Positions 1 through 12,828 of a DNA stretch of 64,000 nucleotides are shown here, piece after piece (positions within the stretch are counted from its first letter, which is position 1; every line of letters starts with the position of its first letter). The notes below the pieces were generated by a model, which did no database searches, was not told where the DNA came from, and saw only the letters and a program-made list of their open reading frames with translations. The position numbers were made by a program, and so were the translations under genes. Origin of the DNA: Antedon mediterranea (taxonomy: Eukaryota > Animalia > Echinodermata); the NCBI RefSeq assembly GCF_964355755.1, contig NC_092673.1, positions 26,037,648-26,101,647 on the forward strand, given 5' to 3'.

Positions 1-1878
1 AAATTTTTTTTTTTTACAAAATTCTTCCTCAAAAGATCCTGATTCAGGTATTAATACATTTTTATTTGTATTCCGTTCATACCAAGATCGTTAATAAGAA
101 GATTCAATTCCTATCTATAATTTTATAAAGGGCATAAGTTTTGTATGGCAAAAAGAAATGAATGATTCCCAGTTCATAGTCAGGATTAAAGTTACTTACA
201 ACTATTTCCTCAATCAACAGTAAAAAAACACAAGTCTTTACTTGGTCAATAAACAAATTGACCAGCTGCATCGCTTGGGGCAATGGTCACCTCACAGCGT
301 TAACATTACTGTTACCAGGTACGTTCAATCTATACTTGAAGGTCTGTATCCGGCTGACGGATTGTGATGTACGCAAGCTGAGCGTGACCATAATTAATAG
401 GTTTCCATACGTGCCGTGAAAGCAAAGTTTGTATCTTTGACTTTTTGTAACCACCATGAGAGGTGGAGTTTTTACACACATTTGAAAGGTTACTACTGAT
501 ATCAATTAAAAGTCTATCAGACATATAATCTATTCAGAAATGAAGGCAAACAAAGAATTATATAAAATGAAAAGAGTCTCGATAATCAGCGAAATTCACA
601 CTCCTCCCTGGGATAAAAAATATGATTAAAACTAGAACTAATTTTATGTCAATGATGCTTTTGAAGATTTAATAAAAATGATAACTTTTATGATTATGAA
701 ACATTTTATAAATGTTTTTTTACAACTTGTTATAAAAATTGTGTTTAAAACATTTTGTAATAAAGCGGGTGGGGACAATGAATCAATGGCATGGCCGAAA
801 AAAAAAATATATATATATTTATGATCATAAATTGTAATGAATGTAAATTTTGTTGAATAATCAAAATACTTCTTCTCAGTCATATCAATTGGCTTTCTTC
901 ATTACGGACGGCACGCAAACCAAATCAACATGTGTACGTTTTCTTCAATAAAACCGCTCAAGGGACGTAATTGAAAAAGAAATGCTGACGTCAAGGTAAC
1001 GCTTGATGAAAATACTAATTGTCAATTAATTTCATAACATGCAAACAGATTTTTTCCATTATTTATAAGAATAATTCCATCACCATGAAATTGTGAAAAC
1101 ATATGAATTATTAAAATAATAATTTGAACATGAAAGCGAGGATTTTTTCCAAGGATGTTCGTAGATGTTTACAGATTTCAGATGCTATGACAAAGTATCA
1201 TGAACATGTTTTAATGTTGTAAACATGAGAGTTAATGGATGATCAGAGATGAGCACCTTATAATTGAAAATCAGCTGTGTATGAAGAAATTGACAATCAA
1301 ACATCACAAGTATCACTCATAAATTAAAAAGTATAATTGGAATTGCGTATAGAAAGTTTTCTTTTTTTTTTTCTATTAAAATATTTCAATAAAAAACATC
1401 TTAATTCACAGTATATGCTATTTGTGGTATTGTCATTTGGAAAAGAAGTTACTAAAAAATATATGTTATGCAAATCTTCAAACAATATAAAATTCAGATT
1501 AATATATATCGAAATCTAAAATTGATATAAAGTTTGCAGTACACCAGTGAAAAGAACTGTTGAGTTTCTCAACTTTTCGATCAATATGCTTTGATCGTCC
1601 TCAGTAGTTAGAATGGGAAAATCTGATTTCATGTTCAAAAAGTTATCAAACTTTCAATTAAAAACCTGATGAACAAATTCTTCCAGTAGGCCTACTTACG
1701 AATGTTATATGTTTGTTGTCTGTTCATCGGGAAAGATATTTTTGGAAAATCGTTCTGTTCTATTTTTAAGTATGTCAATCTGAATGTTGATCCAACTATT
1801 TTTAGGTACATTAAACGATATATTTATTCAGATTACTTCATGAATATTCAACATTATGTTTATCTAATCCAGACTTAC

Positions 1879-1983
1879 TCGGAATACTTTATCCACATGA
1901 TCTTTTGGAGATAACTCATCAACGCTTGGCTGTGAGTACTTGCCCATCATGTCATAGATGGAAGTGACAATGTCCAGCATCTC
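1879..1983 (-). CDS. KCNIP: KChIP core exon (EF3 exit helix, linker, EF4 entry helix): EMLDIVTSIYDMMGKYSQPSVDELSPKDHVDKVFR
   Basis: Minus strand: gtgcttag|GAG ATG CTG...TTC CGA|gtaagt. 105 nt, phase 0-0. Matches the KChIP motif EMLxIxxxIYDMMGKxxxP...HVxxxF. Confidence 0.95.
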
Positions 1984-2641
1984 CTAAGCACAAAATAAAA
2001 ACATATATAAATTAGAGAATTAATTACATGGTAACAACTACCATATAAGAAGGCAGAATTTTCATTCTGTTGTCTCGACATGGCACAAGTCTTGTTACAG
2101 AACTTTAAAATTAAAGATTACTTTAAATTGGGGACCACTTTTAAGTGGCTTGATGAACAAACAATATAGGTGGTAATTCTAACTAGAGACCAAACCATAT
2201 GCATGAATAAAAATCTTGAAATATTTTGAATATCTGTTAAATCTTTGTGTACCAAGTGTAGCAATAATACAAGAACAAAGACATTGAAACCATTGCACTG
2301 TTGCAGTAAGTCTATGGTGGTGTCTTGGTAAAGTAAGTCACATAGTCATAAATTATTTAACAGAACATTTTTATGAAGTGATTGTGTTTTAACTTGTAAA
2401 ATTTTAAAATTTATCATAGCAACCATGTGATCGATTATGCAAGATTTTGAATAATTATTCTGTTATTTCCGGTTGAGCTTTAAGCAGGTGGTTATAGAAC
2501 AAAAGCAGCACTCAGAGTTGTTGAGGAAGAAGAGACTATTATAACAGGAAGACAAATAAAGATGATACAACACTGATAATCAACCACCAACAACAGTTTG
2601 CAGTTGACTGTACTCATCATTAGCTCTTATGATTGCTATAC

Positions 2642-3487
2642 TTGACTGCAGTAGTTATTTGATTGCAGCACTTATTTGATTGCAGCACTTATTTGACTGC
2701 ACGCCTTATTTGACTACACGCCTTATTTGACTGTAGCACTTATTTGACTGCAATACTTATTTGACTGTATGCCTTATTTGACTGCACGAATTATTTGACT
2801 GCAGCACTTATTTGACTGCAGCACTTATTTGACTGCAGCACTTATTTGACTGCACGCCTTATTTGACTGCACGCCTTATTTGACTGCACGCCTTATTTGA
2901 CTGCACGCCTTATTTGACTACAGCACTTATTTGACTGCAATACTTATTTGACTGCAATACTTATTTGACTGCACGCCTTATTTGACTGCAGCACTTATTT
3001 GACTGCAGCACTTATTTGACTACAGCACTTATTTTACTGCAAACCTTATTTTACTGCACGCCTTATTTGGCTGCACGCCTTATTTGACTGTAGCACTTAT
3101 TTGACTGTAGCACTTATTTGACTACATCACTTATTTGACTGCAATACTTATTTGACTACAATACTTATTTGACTACAATACTTATTTGACTGCACGCCTT
3201 ATTTGACTGCAGCCCTTATTTGACTGCATGCCTTATTTGACTGCACGCCTTATTTGACTGCTATTTGACTGTAGCACTTATTTGACTACAGCACTTATTT
3301 GACTGCAATACTTATTTGACTGCAAAACTTATTTGACTGCCAATACTTATTTGACTGCACGCCTTATTTGACTGCAGCACTTATTTGACTGCACGCCTTA
3401 ATTGACTGCAGCACTTTTTTGACCGCAGAACTTATTTGACTGCAGAACGTGTTTGACTACAGCACTTATTTGACTGCAACATTTGAC
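2642..3487. repeat. 17-bp minisatellite, about 50 copies
   Basis: Unit CTTATTTGACT plus a variable hexamer (GCAGCA, GCACGC, GCAATA, ACAGCA, GTAGCA), repeated in tandem. Confidence 0.95.
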
Positions 3488-3563
3488 CCCAATGCTTTGA
3501 GTGATCTGATAAATTACAATAACATATCAACATTTAAAAGCGTATCAAAATAGTGTTACATAC

Positions 3564-3671
3564 TTCTTTCGTTATTGATCCATCTCCATTGATGTCATAC
3601 AGCATGAAAGCCCAATTTAATTTTTCCACCACAGTACCTCGGGAGAGTATTGACAGCCCTGATATGAACTC
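3564..3671 (-). CDS. KCNIP: KChIP core exon (EF2 exit helix and EF3 loop): [36 protein letters not shown]
   Basis: ttttgcag|GAG TTC...AAA GAA|gtatgt. 108 nt, phase 0-0. NCS hallmark LSxxxRGxxxEKLxWAFxLYDxxxDGxI. Lies inside ORF-track entry 3534..3734. Confidence 0.97.
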
Positions 3672-3706
3672 CTGCAAAACAAAAACATAAACAAGATATT
3701 CACACT

Positions 3707-4036
3707 GGATGATGTGTGTTGACCCAGGACCCATTAAATGATCTTAGGATGATGTGTGTTGACCCAGGACCCATTACATGATCTTAGGATGATGTGTGTT
3801 GACCCAGGACCCATTACATGATCTTAGGATGATGTGTGTTGACCCAGGACCCATTACATGATCTTAGGATGATGTGTGTTGACCCAGGACCCATTACATG
3901 ATCTTAGGATGATGTGTGTTGACCCAGGACCCATTACATGATCTTAGGATGATGTGTGTTGACCCAGGACCCATTACATGATCTTAGGATGATGTGTGTT
4001 GACCCAGGACCCATTACATGATCTTAGGATGATGTG
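3707..4036. repeat. 40-bp tandem repeat, about 8 near-identical copies
   Basis: Unit GGATGATGTGTGTTGACCCAGGACCCATTACATGATCTTA. Confidence 0.97.
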
Positions 4037-6251
4037 ATATGTACAAAGTAATCATCACATTTTGTAGTTGCATGGTTGTACTCTATAACTATAATAGGGT
4101 TCTTGCGAATTTTGACAACCTAGTACCCATTATGCAATGTGTGAAAATACCTCTGAGCGAGTTAAAAGCTTTTTACATTAATTCATTTTATAAATATACC
4201 AATTCATGATTTTTCAGTTATTAAGTTCATTTAAATAACAGTATTGTTTACATGGCAAAGAAACACTAGTAATGTAAGGTTGAGAATGTCGACTTGACAT
4301 TTACTGCAGAAGACAGGAAATGTCAAGATATTCTCAATCTTACTTTGATTCTCTTTTTCTCGGAATTTAGCAGTTTATCACAAACCTTCCTTTACTAACA
4401 ACCATATCCAGCTTCTCATTCGATAAAACGAGTTTTTTGTCAACACAATATAAACAGCAGGCTGTGAGTTCAGTATAAAATATTTCGTCCAATTATGTAT
4501 AAATTCAATTTAAGTTTACTACCCAAGTCATATAATGTAGAACAGGAGATATGTGAAGGACCTACTGAAGTATACAGCAACGTATACTGCATAATAATGA
4601 GAATATGATACACAGGCCATCACAAAGTTCTTGTTTATCTATATCTCATCATTTTAAATTAACCTGGGTTCCTGAAACATTATCCAATCAAGATGGATAA
4701 GCAAGTGCGCATAATGTAATTCAAAAGATTGAATTAACAGATAACTACACCGCAACAATATTTCAACAGTGTGCTTGTCCTACAAATGATATAATATTAT
4801 ATATATTTAAAAAGTATTGCTTTGGAGATCCTGGGCTGTGTATATTAAATAATCAATTATTATATGCTTTATTTAAAGAGAAAACTTTTATACATAACAA
4901 CGTCATATTCATTTGATCTGTGTTGCACATGCATATACAATTACATAAAACAATTTAAACAAAAAATGTTTTTTCAGTTTATCACTGTTTTAGAGATTTT
5001 TTTCTACCTGTGAACAAATATAAGATATATTTTATATTAAATTATTGGTTCACATTATAAACTGACAATATTAATTTACAATATTTAACTTTTAAGATTG
5101 GGGTGGAAAAAAATGTGGAATTTAATTATATAAATAAGATTTATAATTCCACCTTAAGACTGAAAGTGAGTGAGCATGATGTGCACACAAACAGAACATT
5201 TTTAATAATTATTGGAAACAGCATAAAGTAATGTTTATAAGTATTTTGTTATGTTCTTTTATGTTGCTTTCAAACTATTGTATTTCTGCTATTTCATGTC
5301 TGTTTTTAAATATTGATTGTTTTAAAATAATATAACTCAAGTTTGAATTTTTTATATAGTAATAATTTTATTAATAATTTTATTAATATGCATTTTAGAA
5401 TTTAATGTTGAAAATGTACTCACTCATACTACAGTATTTCCATTTTAAATTGGCAAATAAAATTAAATCTGAATCTGATGTCTACATCCAACAGCTAAAC
5501 ATTTCATCCAAAGATTAAGGCAATAAAAGTAGGCTAAAGTATCATCATAGGTGACAGAGATACTATGAATGAATTACCTATAAACAATCAATATCTTGCG
5601 ACTTTGTAATTTTAAAATGTAACCGACATGGTTGTAGTACTGTATTCATATTACTACTACAGTATGTATCATGTTCAGAATTTTATCTCGTCAATAAATT
5701 ATACTTTGTAAGCTATTGGATGACATAAAACGAATCAGAAAGAGAGAACAAACCCAATTTTGCAAATATACTTGAGAACAAATCCCTCGCTGGTTTAGAC
5801 AATCACGTAAACAATCCCCAGTAGAGTAACGAATCTAATATTGCCGAAGTTGGCTGAAATTAAATGGATTATCCCTTCAATAGGTTTAAATGTTATGGAT
5901 TAGTATGCCTTTATTAAGTCTTTCCTGTTGAATGGGTAATTTATTTAGATATTATTCGCATGAAATAGATCAAACATCATTAATAAAATAAAATTCAGTA
6001 AAGAACAAATAAATGTTAGATTTGTCTAGATTTCTAGAATTTGATGGTCCTCAATTTTGTCACAATTAATTATTTAGAACATTAAAAAAAGTGACACTGA
6101 AACAATTGATATATAATTACACAGTCAACTAGTTGAATTTTAATATCACAAACATTACTTTTGTTTTCTAACCGTTGTCTTTTTATAAGTTAATTCACTA
6201 TCTGTATTCATTTTCTGTCGAAGTGAACACCTTTTATTAAAATTACAAAAT

Positions 6252-6317
6252 GCCGTATTCAAAGTTTGATTTTAGTGATCTTTATTTTTCATGTTTTGGG
6301 AAATAATACATCTTTAA
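6252..6317 (-). mobile_element. Terminal fragment of the TTAA-flanked MITE family seen intact at 24803-25130
   Basis: Reverse complement reads TTAAAGATGTATTATTTCCCAAAACATGAAAAATAAAGATCACTAAAATCAAACTTTGAATACGG, similar to the left end at 24799. Confidence 0.6.
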
Positions 6318-6825
6318 ATAATTCATATAAACAGAGTGGCTGTGGCTCAATTCTGAGTAAAACTAAATCTATAAACTCAGATAGTGTAATATAAGAAGTT
6401 GGTTGCATCACGATTCATCAATACTAATAGTAGTTGATTCATCCATTTGGCCGAGTGTACATTTCATACTGACTTTTGGGTAAATAAATTATCACACTAT
6501 TTACATCTACAGGTATAAATTGCATTCTACAGTACATTCAACTCATGACTAGACTGAGAATGTACTTTAATCAAAAAGCTGATAGTTCTTTGGCATAGGA
6601 CCACTTTAATTGTCCAAATTGTATACTGTATAGAATTATGCGTCACTGTAAGATATAGGTAGCAGTTCCTTCCTGATGACAGATAAACTCAAATTAATGC
6701 TACTTTACATTCAAACTGAGATTCTGATCCAGAGGACAGATAAAGAATCATGAAAAATTGGTACACAATAGTAGTGTATAAAAATAGAACCATATCAAGT
6801 GTGAATGTAGTCTAAAGATGAAGAA

Positions 6826-6977
6826 AAGAGTCTGTCCACAGTATCTTTGAAAAAAGTTTGAACAAAAATGTGATGTGCCCAAATTGATAGGCTTAAATAT
6901 CATAACAACATCATGTCCATATATGGGCACATCACATTTTTTTGTCACAAAAATACTTGATAGTGTAGACATAGCTT
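6826..6977. mobile_element. MITE family A copy (degenerate)
   Basis: Degenerate TIRs (TCTGTCCACAGTATC ... GATAGTGTAGACATAGCTT) and internal TGTGATGTGCCC / GGGCACATCACA, shared with copies at 10048, 25363 and 57845. Confidence 0.75.
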
Positions 6978-9900
6978 TAAATGGGGCAGATCCTAGATTA
7001 AGTAGGTGGAGAAATTGGGGTGGTACTGATTGTGGATGAAGAATCAAACATGGGATTACTAATTTTCTTTTGGCTCTTCTTCATGATTATGGGTACTGTT
7101 GTATCACTTTGAAAACAGGTAAAAGTTTATCTAATTGTACAACATTTTGGAACTGTTATATATCTGTTATTTATATTGTAGCAACTTTAAACTTGAAAAA
7201 TCTAATTTAATTAATTCCGAGTTAACTTTAATGTATTCACAAAGAAATATCAATCTCACAGAGACAACTTCAAAATCATTAAACTGTCATCATCATCTGA
7301 AGCGATGAATAATTTAGAAAGAAATTATGTATCGTTTCAATCATTGGAATTACATACACACAAATAAAAAAAATGAAAAAGAAATGAGGACAAAGAATGA
7401 TGATGATATTGATATATAGCCTAGTTGAATTCTAAAATATTACTTACAAAAAGTTTTAATGATAATTCATTTTACATTAATGGTGGAAAAAACAAGGATC
7501 TGAGAATCAAAACAGGTATATGCATGGTTTGCATTGTGTTAGATGTGAAATGTGAAATATCATTTTCCAAAAAATGGTACAAAAAACTGCATTATCTTAC
7601 CTTTCCTTTCTTAAGTAGAAAGGGCCCAAAGTATCTTTAGATGCAAAGGTAATGATTGCTTTAAATTTGTATTATATATTGAAATAATTTGTTGCAAAGT
7701 CTAGATATGAATGTTAACCATTAGATTAAATTTCTTGAGAAAAATGAAATGAAATATATTATACATCATCTAGGCTTAGGGTGTGAAGTTGGCATGTTGT
7801 AGTGTTATTATGGAGGTATTTTTTACCTCCATGGTGTTATAATAGAGGAAATATTTAGAAGATTCTAATGGAATATGTGTGAAAATTAATCATACTTCAA
7901 TATAAATCTATCTTAAATAATTTCAAATAGAAATTTTTAATTCAAAAAGAAATCTTGCTAAATCTTTGTTGCACCTTCTAGAAAATTATAATTTAAATGT
8001 ACTTGCTTTTAATAGTACCTTTAAAGGTCATCAAGACACGTTGAGATGGTGAACATTCAAATTCAGATCTCTCACGTCCAGGATGCACCCAAAGAATTGT
8101 TTAGAATTATATTTTTTAATGCATCTCCCAGATTTCTCAAATGTACACGAAATCCCTCGAAAATCATTCTGAGAGGATGTGCAAAGGTGTAAATTACATT
8201 TTGATGGCATATATAAATGAAGAGTTATCAGCTATGACGTCGAATGGACAAACAAGCTGAGTCCTCATGTCCTAATCTTCAAGGTAATTAATGACACAAT
8301 TTCTATGAATTTGACTTAGGACCCATGCAAAATATGTATCTCAAAACAATTTCATTATTGCAAATGTTTTGTAACTACTGTGGAATAGCTTTGCATCAGG
8401 GTGTTGAGTAATTGGTCAGATGTTTTGCCCTACTATGACAGAATTTGTACTTTATACTATTAAGATCATTATTTCAAGATGAATATATTGGGGCTCTTTC
8501 ATCAATCCAAGGAGAACCTGTATTGGATGTAAAATTTTAAAATATATTAAACAAATGTACATTGTCACAAGCACATCAATACTTTTGTAACTGACCGAGG
8601 ATGAAATTTGGCTAGACACTTTGATCAATAGTTTGCATAAGACACTACAAGCATTCATAGAATGACCGAGTAGAAAGGTAAATGACACGTCATATGTACC
8701 ATTGATAAAGTTTATGAGCAGTCAATTAAAAACCTCATTCAAAGAATGGCTTAATTGAAAATCTTTAAAGCAATCAACCCACAGACTTTACTATTACCTA
8801 TGGTAAGAAATGCCAAGTTATGATTTAAATGCTTTATTTTAAATATATTGTTGCAATAATAGGTTAATTGTGAAAATACACTTTTCACACAATTAGTATT
8901 TTGAATTTAGGTCGGTTCTCGTTAGGTCAAAGATGTTGAGGAAAAAAATATAATATTTGTGTTGTTTTCCATAAATATTTTATACATAAATATAATTCAG
9001 AAACAAATGACAGATCGGATAAAAATATATCTGCAACATCTGGTTAACAATTATCTTGAGAACAAAGTTTAACCAGCTATTTAAAATTTTTCCAGTTTCT
9101 GGATAAAATGATATGAAATTGAGGTGCAGTATATTATTTAAATATAGTTATGCATTTTACAGCAAAAACAGAATTAATGTAATTTATGAGGTACAATGTA
9201 TCCAATTTGTTTTTTTAAACAACATATGGTCAATTCCTGAAAGATATTGAAAAATGATTTATCGTTTCATATGCTAAAATTTTACTTTATGTATGAAAAA
9301 CAAGAAGTTACAAGTGTATATATAAGAACAACTTTATTCTTAATGGTACTAATGGTGTTGGTTGTTGCTAACACTAAAAGTAAATGAATAGGGGCTGGGT
9401 TACCTTGGTGTGGTCCACACAGTCCCTTCTCATACATGCCAACATCTTCAGTTTAAAAAATGGGAGTTGGTATTTATTGTGTAGGTCAACATCGCCCTCT
9501 CTTTATTATCGAGACCAGGAAGAGGTAAAGGAGTGGAGTGTGTGACGTGCAAGCGCATCTATGTGAGGGGAATCTCTTTCCCTTTTGGTCATTGATTAGT
9601 TATCTTTGTTATCCAGGAGAAAATGTGGAAAACTGGGAGCATGACATTAGGCCAGGAGACAAGTCTAAAATATGGGAGTATCCCGGCAGAAGCATGTATA
9701 CCTTTTATTGAACGATGATTGAGTATACTGCAATGACATATACCATAAAAGATCATGCAAATGTTCATTATTACAATCTTTGATTGAAGGCCTATGTTTT
9801 ATTATTTATTAAATATTAATGATATATAAATTTTTAGCATGATTTCATTTATATAAATGTTTGTTGATATGGTAATTACATGACAGATGAACATTGCATA

Positions 9901-10047
9901 AAAGAATCTATCATTCATCTATCATATGTCTATAAACATTTAATAAATGACCATGAGTTATTAAAATACACCTATTAATTTTGTATATCCTCATTTTTCA
10001 TTTTTCTGTCAAAAATTAAACATTACAGTTTTAATGTCCCCACTATT

Positions 10048-10209
10048 AAGCTCTGTCTACACTATCAAACATTATGTGACACAACAATGTGAAGTGCTCA
10101 TATGGACATGATGATGTCATATCATTACCATATTTTAGGCATATCACTATCATATTTGGGTACTTCACATGTTCTTTGTCAAACTAGTTTGATAGTATAG
10201 ACAGAGCTT
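10048..10209. mobile_element. MITE family A copy
   Basis: TIRs AAGCTCTGTCTACACTATCAAAC ... GTTTGATAGTATAGACAGAGCTT. Confidence 0.85.
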
Positions 10210-10666
10210 TACATGTGTAAAGGGCTACATATACAGGGTAAATTATTATATGCATATTTCCCACTGTAGGAGGGCCAGGTATAAGAGTGTTCATGTAAGT
10301 ACAATAATTAAAATAGATGTTAGGGCATAATTTGCCTAATTAAAATAGATGTTAGGGCATAATTTGCCTCAAAAGAATTCCTATTAGGATAGTATTATCA
10401 AAATACAATATAAGCAAATCTATATTGAACGTCAATGATTGACAATGAAAAATTCAATTTTTGCTGTAATTCCATTACCCTTCCTTGTTGTTCTGCATTC
10501 TGTAGGCATAATTTTAACTGCATTTATTTTACATAATTTCTATTAAAAACAAAAGTAAAAAAAGAAACAAGGCCAATGTAAGCAAATCTATATTGAAAGT
10601 TGTCGTGTGTCAAACTGGAACATGATGGTTTGAAGCTCTGCTCTAGATTCAACTTCTAACAAACAC

Positions 10667-11621
10667 TATTACAGTATATTACATAACCTATGTAAATACG
10701 CGAACGTGATTGGTTGAAACTGCATCACATGACTACCGCTGCGAGGATCGTAAATCGTATATATCCTCGAGAACGATGATATTGACTGTGTAATTTTCGC
10801 GTAATTATCGTGTCCCCTGTCATTAATCATATAAATTCTCGAGTACGATGATATTGACTGTGTAATTTTCGTGTGCAACACTCGCGTTTGCCGATAAATA
10901 AACAAAAGTCATCTACTGGGTCTTGAACTTGCGATGCGATTGTCACTCCATCACAAGACAACGCTTCAACCGCTGCGCCACGGAACTTGCTTGAAAAAAT
11001 TAATCTTCTAAACTATTTAAGCTATGCATACATAGCGCCCTCATTTGTTATTAGTTCACCCTAAATGTGATGAAACACCGTTTGTGATTGGTCAATATTC
11101 ACGGTAGTAACCTAGTAACTAGTACGCGCTGAACATCCGGTGATTCGGCTCCTCGAAGAGAAGAAGACGAATTGTTTATTCGGCCTACCTGATTATAATA
11201 TTATTATTAATAGGCTTATTGATGGAAATTCTCCTGTTAATTTAAACGACCTAGGCCTAAGTGAATATTTTATTGCCAAGGAATCATTAATTAGTAATTA
11301 TCTGTATATTATTCTTCGCAAGGTAAGGTGTCTAGGCAGGCTTGTTTAAATACAATACAAATACTATTAGGAGGCCTAGCCTAGCTTCACTCAACCCACC
11401 AGCAGACTTGTTCTTGGCTATATAATATAACAGATATTGCCTTTTATATCGGTTAAATATAAGATTTGACATCCCCTCGGGAATGATATTAAGTTCTCGG
11501 GGAATATATATTTCCCTCGGCTGGCGCTTCGGGAAATATATATTCCCTCGAACTTAATATCATTCCCGAGGGGATGTCAAATCTTATATTTAACCTCTAA
11601 GCAGTCAATATCTGTATAATA
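10667..11621. mobile_element. About 950-bp non-autonomous element with an internal tRNA-like segment and a long 3' hairpin
   Basis: CpG-richer than the flanks. Internal ~32-bp direct duplication (10768 and 10840). Minus-strand A/B-box segment at ~10915-10985. 46-bp perfect inverted arms at 11451-11496 and 11550-11595. Ends CTGTATAATA. Boundaries approximate. Confidence 0.6.
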
Positions 11622-12757
11622 TTCATACTTATATTGTCGATATCAATACAAATTTTTATTTCAATTTTTTTCCAATCAAAATTTAGATAATTAAATTGAC
11701 AAAAAAAAAAAACACAAACAAAATTGGAAAAAAAATTTAATTTGACTATGGTAGTAAAATTCAATTTTTTACTATCGTAGTAGCATTGGAAAGATGGAAT
11801 GGATATAGGACATTTTTACAAACTTTATGTAATACACTTATTATTCAACAGGGTAAATAAGTCCATTAACTAACTATTTTTTAAAGTTATATTTAAGTGG
11901 TTACCGGTCAAACCAATCTTGACCATTAAAATCACAGCTGTTCCAACGTTGAGCTAAATGGGTTTGTATATGCCGTACAAACATGTTTAAACAGGACTTA
12001 ATTATCAGATTCCGCAACGGTTTGAAGTTTGCTTCATTAAAATCGTAGACTATTACATAAATTGACCAAGTAATAGAAGGCTACTCGGAACAAAGTTTAC
12101 ACTGTGAGTTAATATAAGAAATTTTGTGAGCAAGTTATACATTTATTTTTTTTTTATAAATATTGTAATTGTTAATTTCTTTATTCATTTCTTTTACCTA
12201 TATATTGGTAAATAGATATATTGTCACCCAGAAAAATTATTTGTTTACATTTTTTTTAAATATGTTATTTTAATGTCACACTATGACCAAAAAATTATTT
12301 TTCTGATAAAAACTAATATAAAGCATAAATAGTCAAATTGACTGGAAGTCAATGGGTTTATCTCACTACATGTGTTGCATAGAACTAGTTAATACAGTTA
12401 CACAATTAGTTTCTCCACTTTTACAATGGAAAAAGATAAACACTGTGTTTAAATTAAGTTTTCATAATTGAACTGTAACACTGATCCACCAGAGGAAAAC
12501 TATTAGGGGGAAATATATGACAAATCCCTATTCAAGGGGAACTCTTCCAGAGAACCTATATTAAAGGGCACTTTGTTGGGTCCCACCCCTTTTTTTTATA
12601 CAGCTATTATAATAATCAATGCTTAATTTGATTATGGTGATTATTTATTGGATCCTGGTGACAAAACATTTCTTCTTGTAAGATCCTCTATATATAATAG
12701 TGTTTATATAATATTATATATTTTTTCTTTTACAAACAAAAATTGTATAATACTTAC

Positions 12758-12828
12758 CTCAAATGTGATTGATCCATTGTGATCAGTATCAAACGAATTA
12801 AATACATAATGTGCATATTGGCTGGAAT
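12758..12828 (-). CDS. KCNIP: KChIP core exon (EF2): (D)SSQYAHYVFNSFDTDHNGSITFE
   Basis: ttcttcag|AT TCC AGC...TTT GAG|gtaagt. 71 nt, phase 1-0. KChIP motif YAHxxFNxFDxDxNGxxxFE. Confidence 0.96.

Noticed and set aside
1-1878. Missing EF4 and terminal KChIP exons; ORFs 287..505 and 330..524
   Set aside because: No DxNxDG-type exon with splice sites was found, and the ORFs show no recognisable similarity. The remaining exons are probably outside the window.
2642-3487. CRISPR-like pattern of constant repeat plus variable part
   Set aside because: The variable part is only 6 nt and recurs, the context is a eukaryotic intron, and no cas genes are present. It is a minisatellite.
7601-7660. Strong donor AAG|gtaaga inside the EF2-EF3 intron, considered as a mutually exclusive exon
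   Set aside because: Stop in the required frame and no similarity to KChIP exons.
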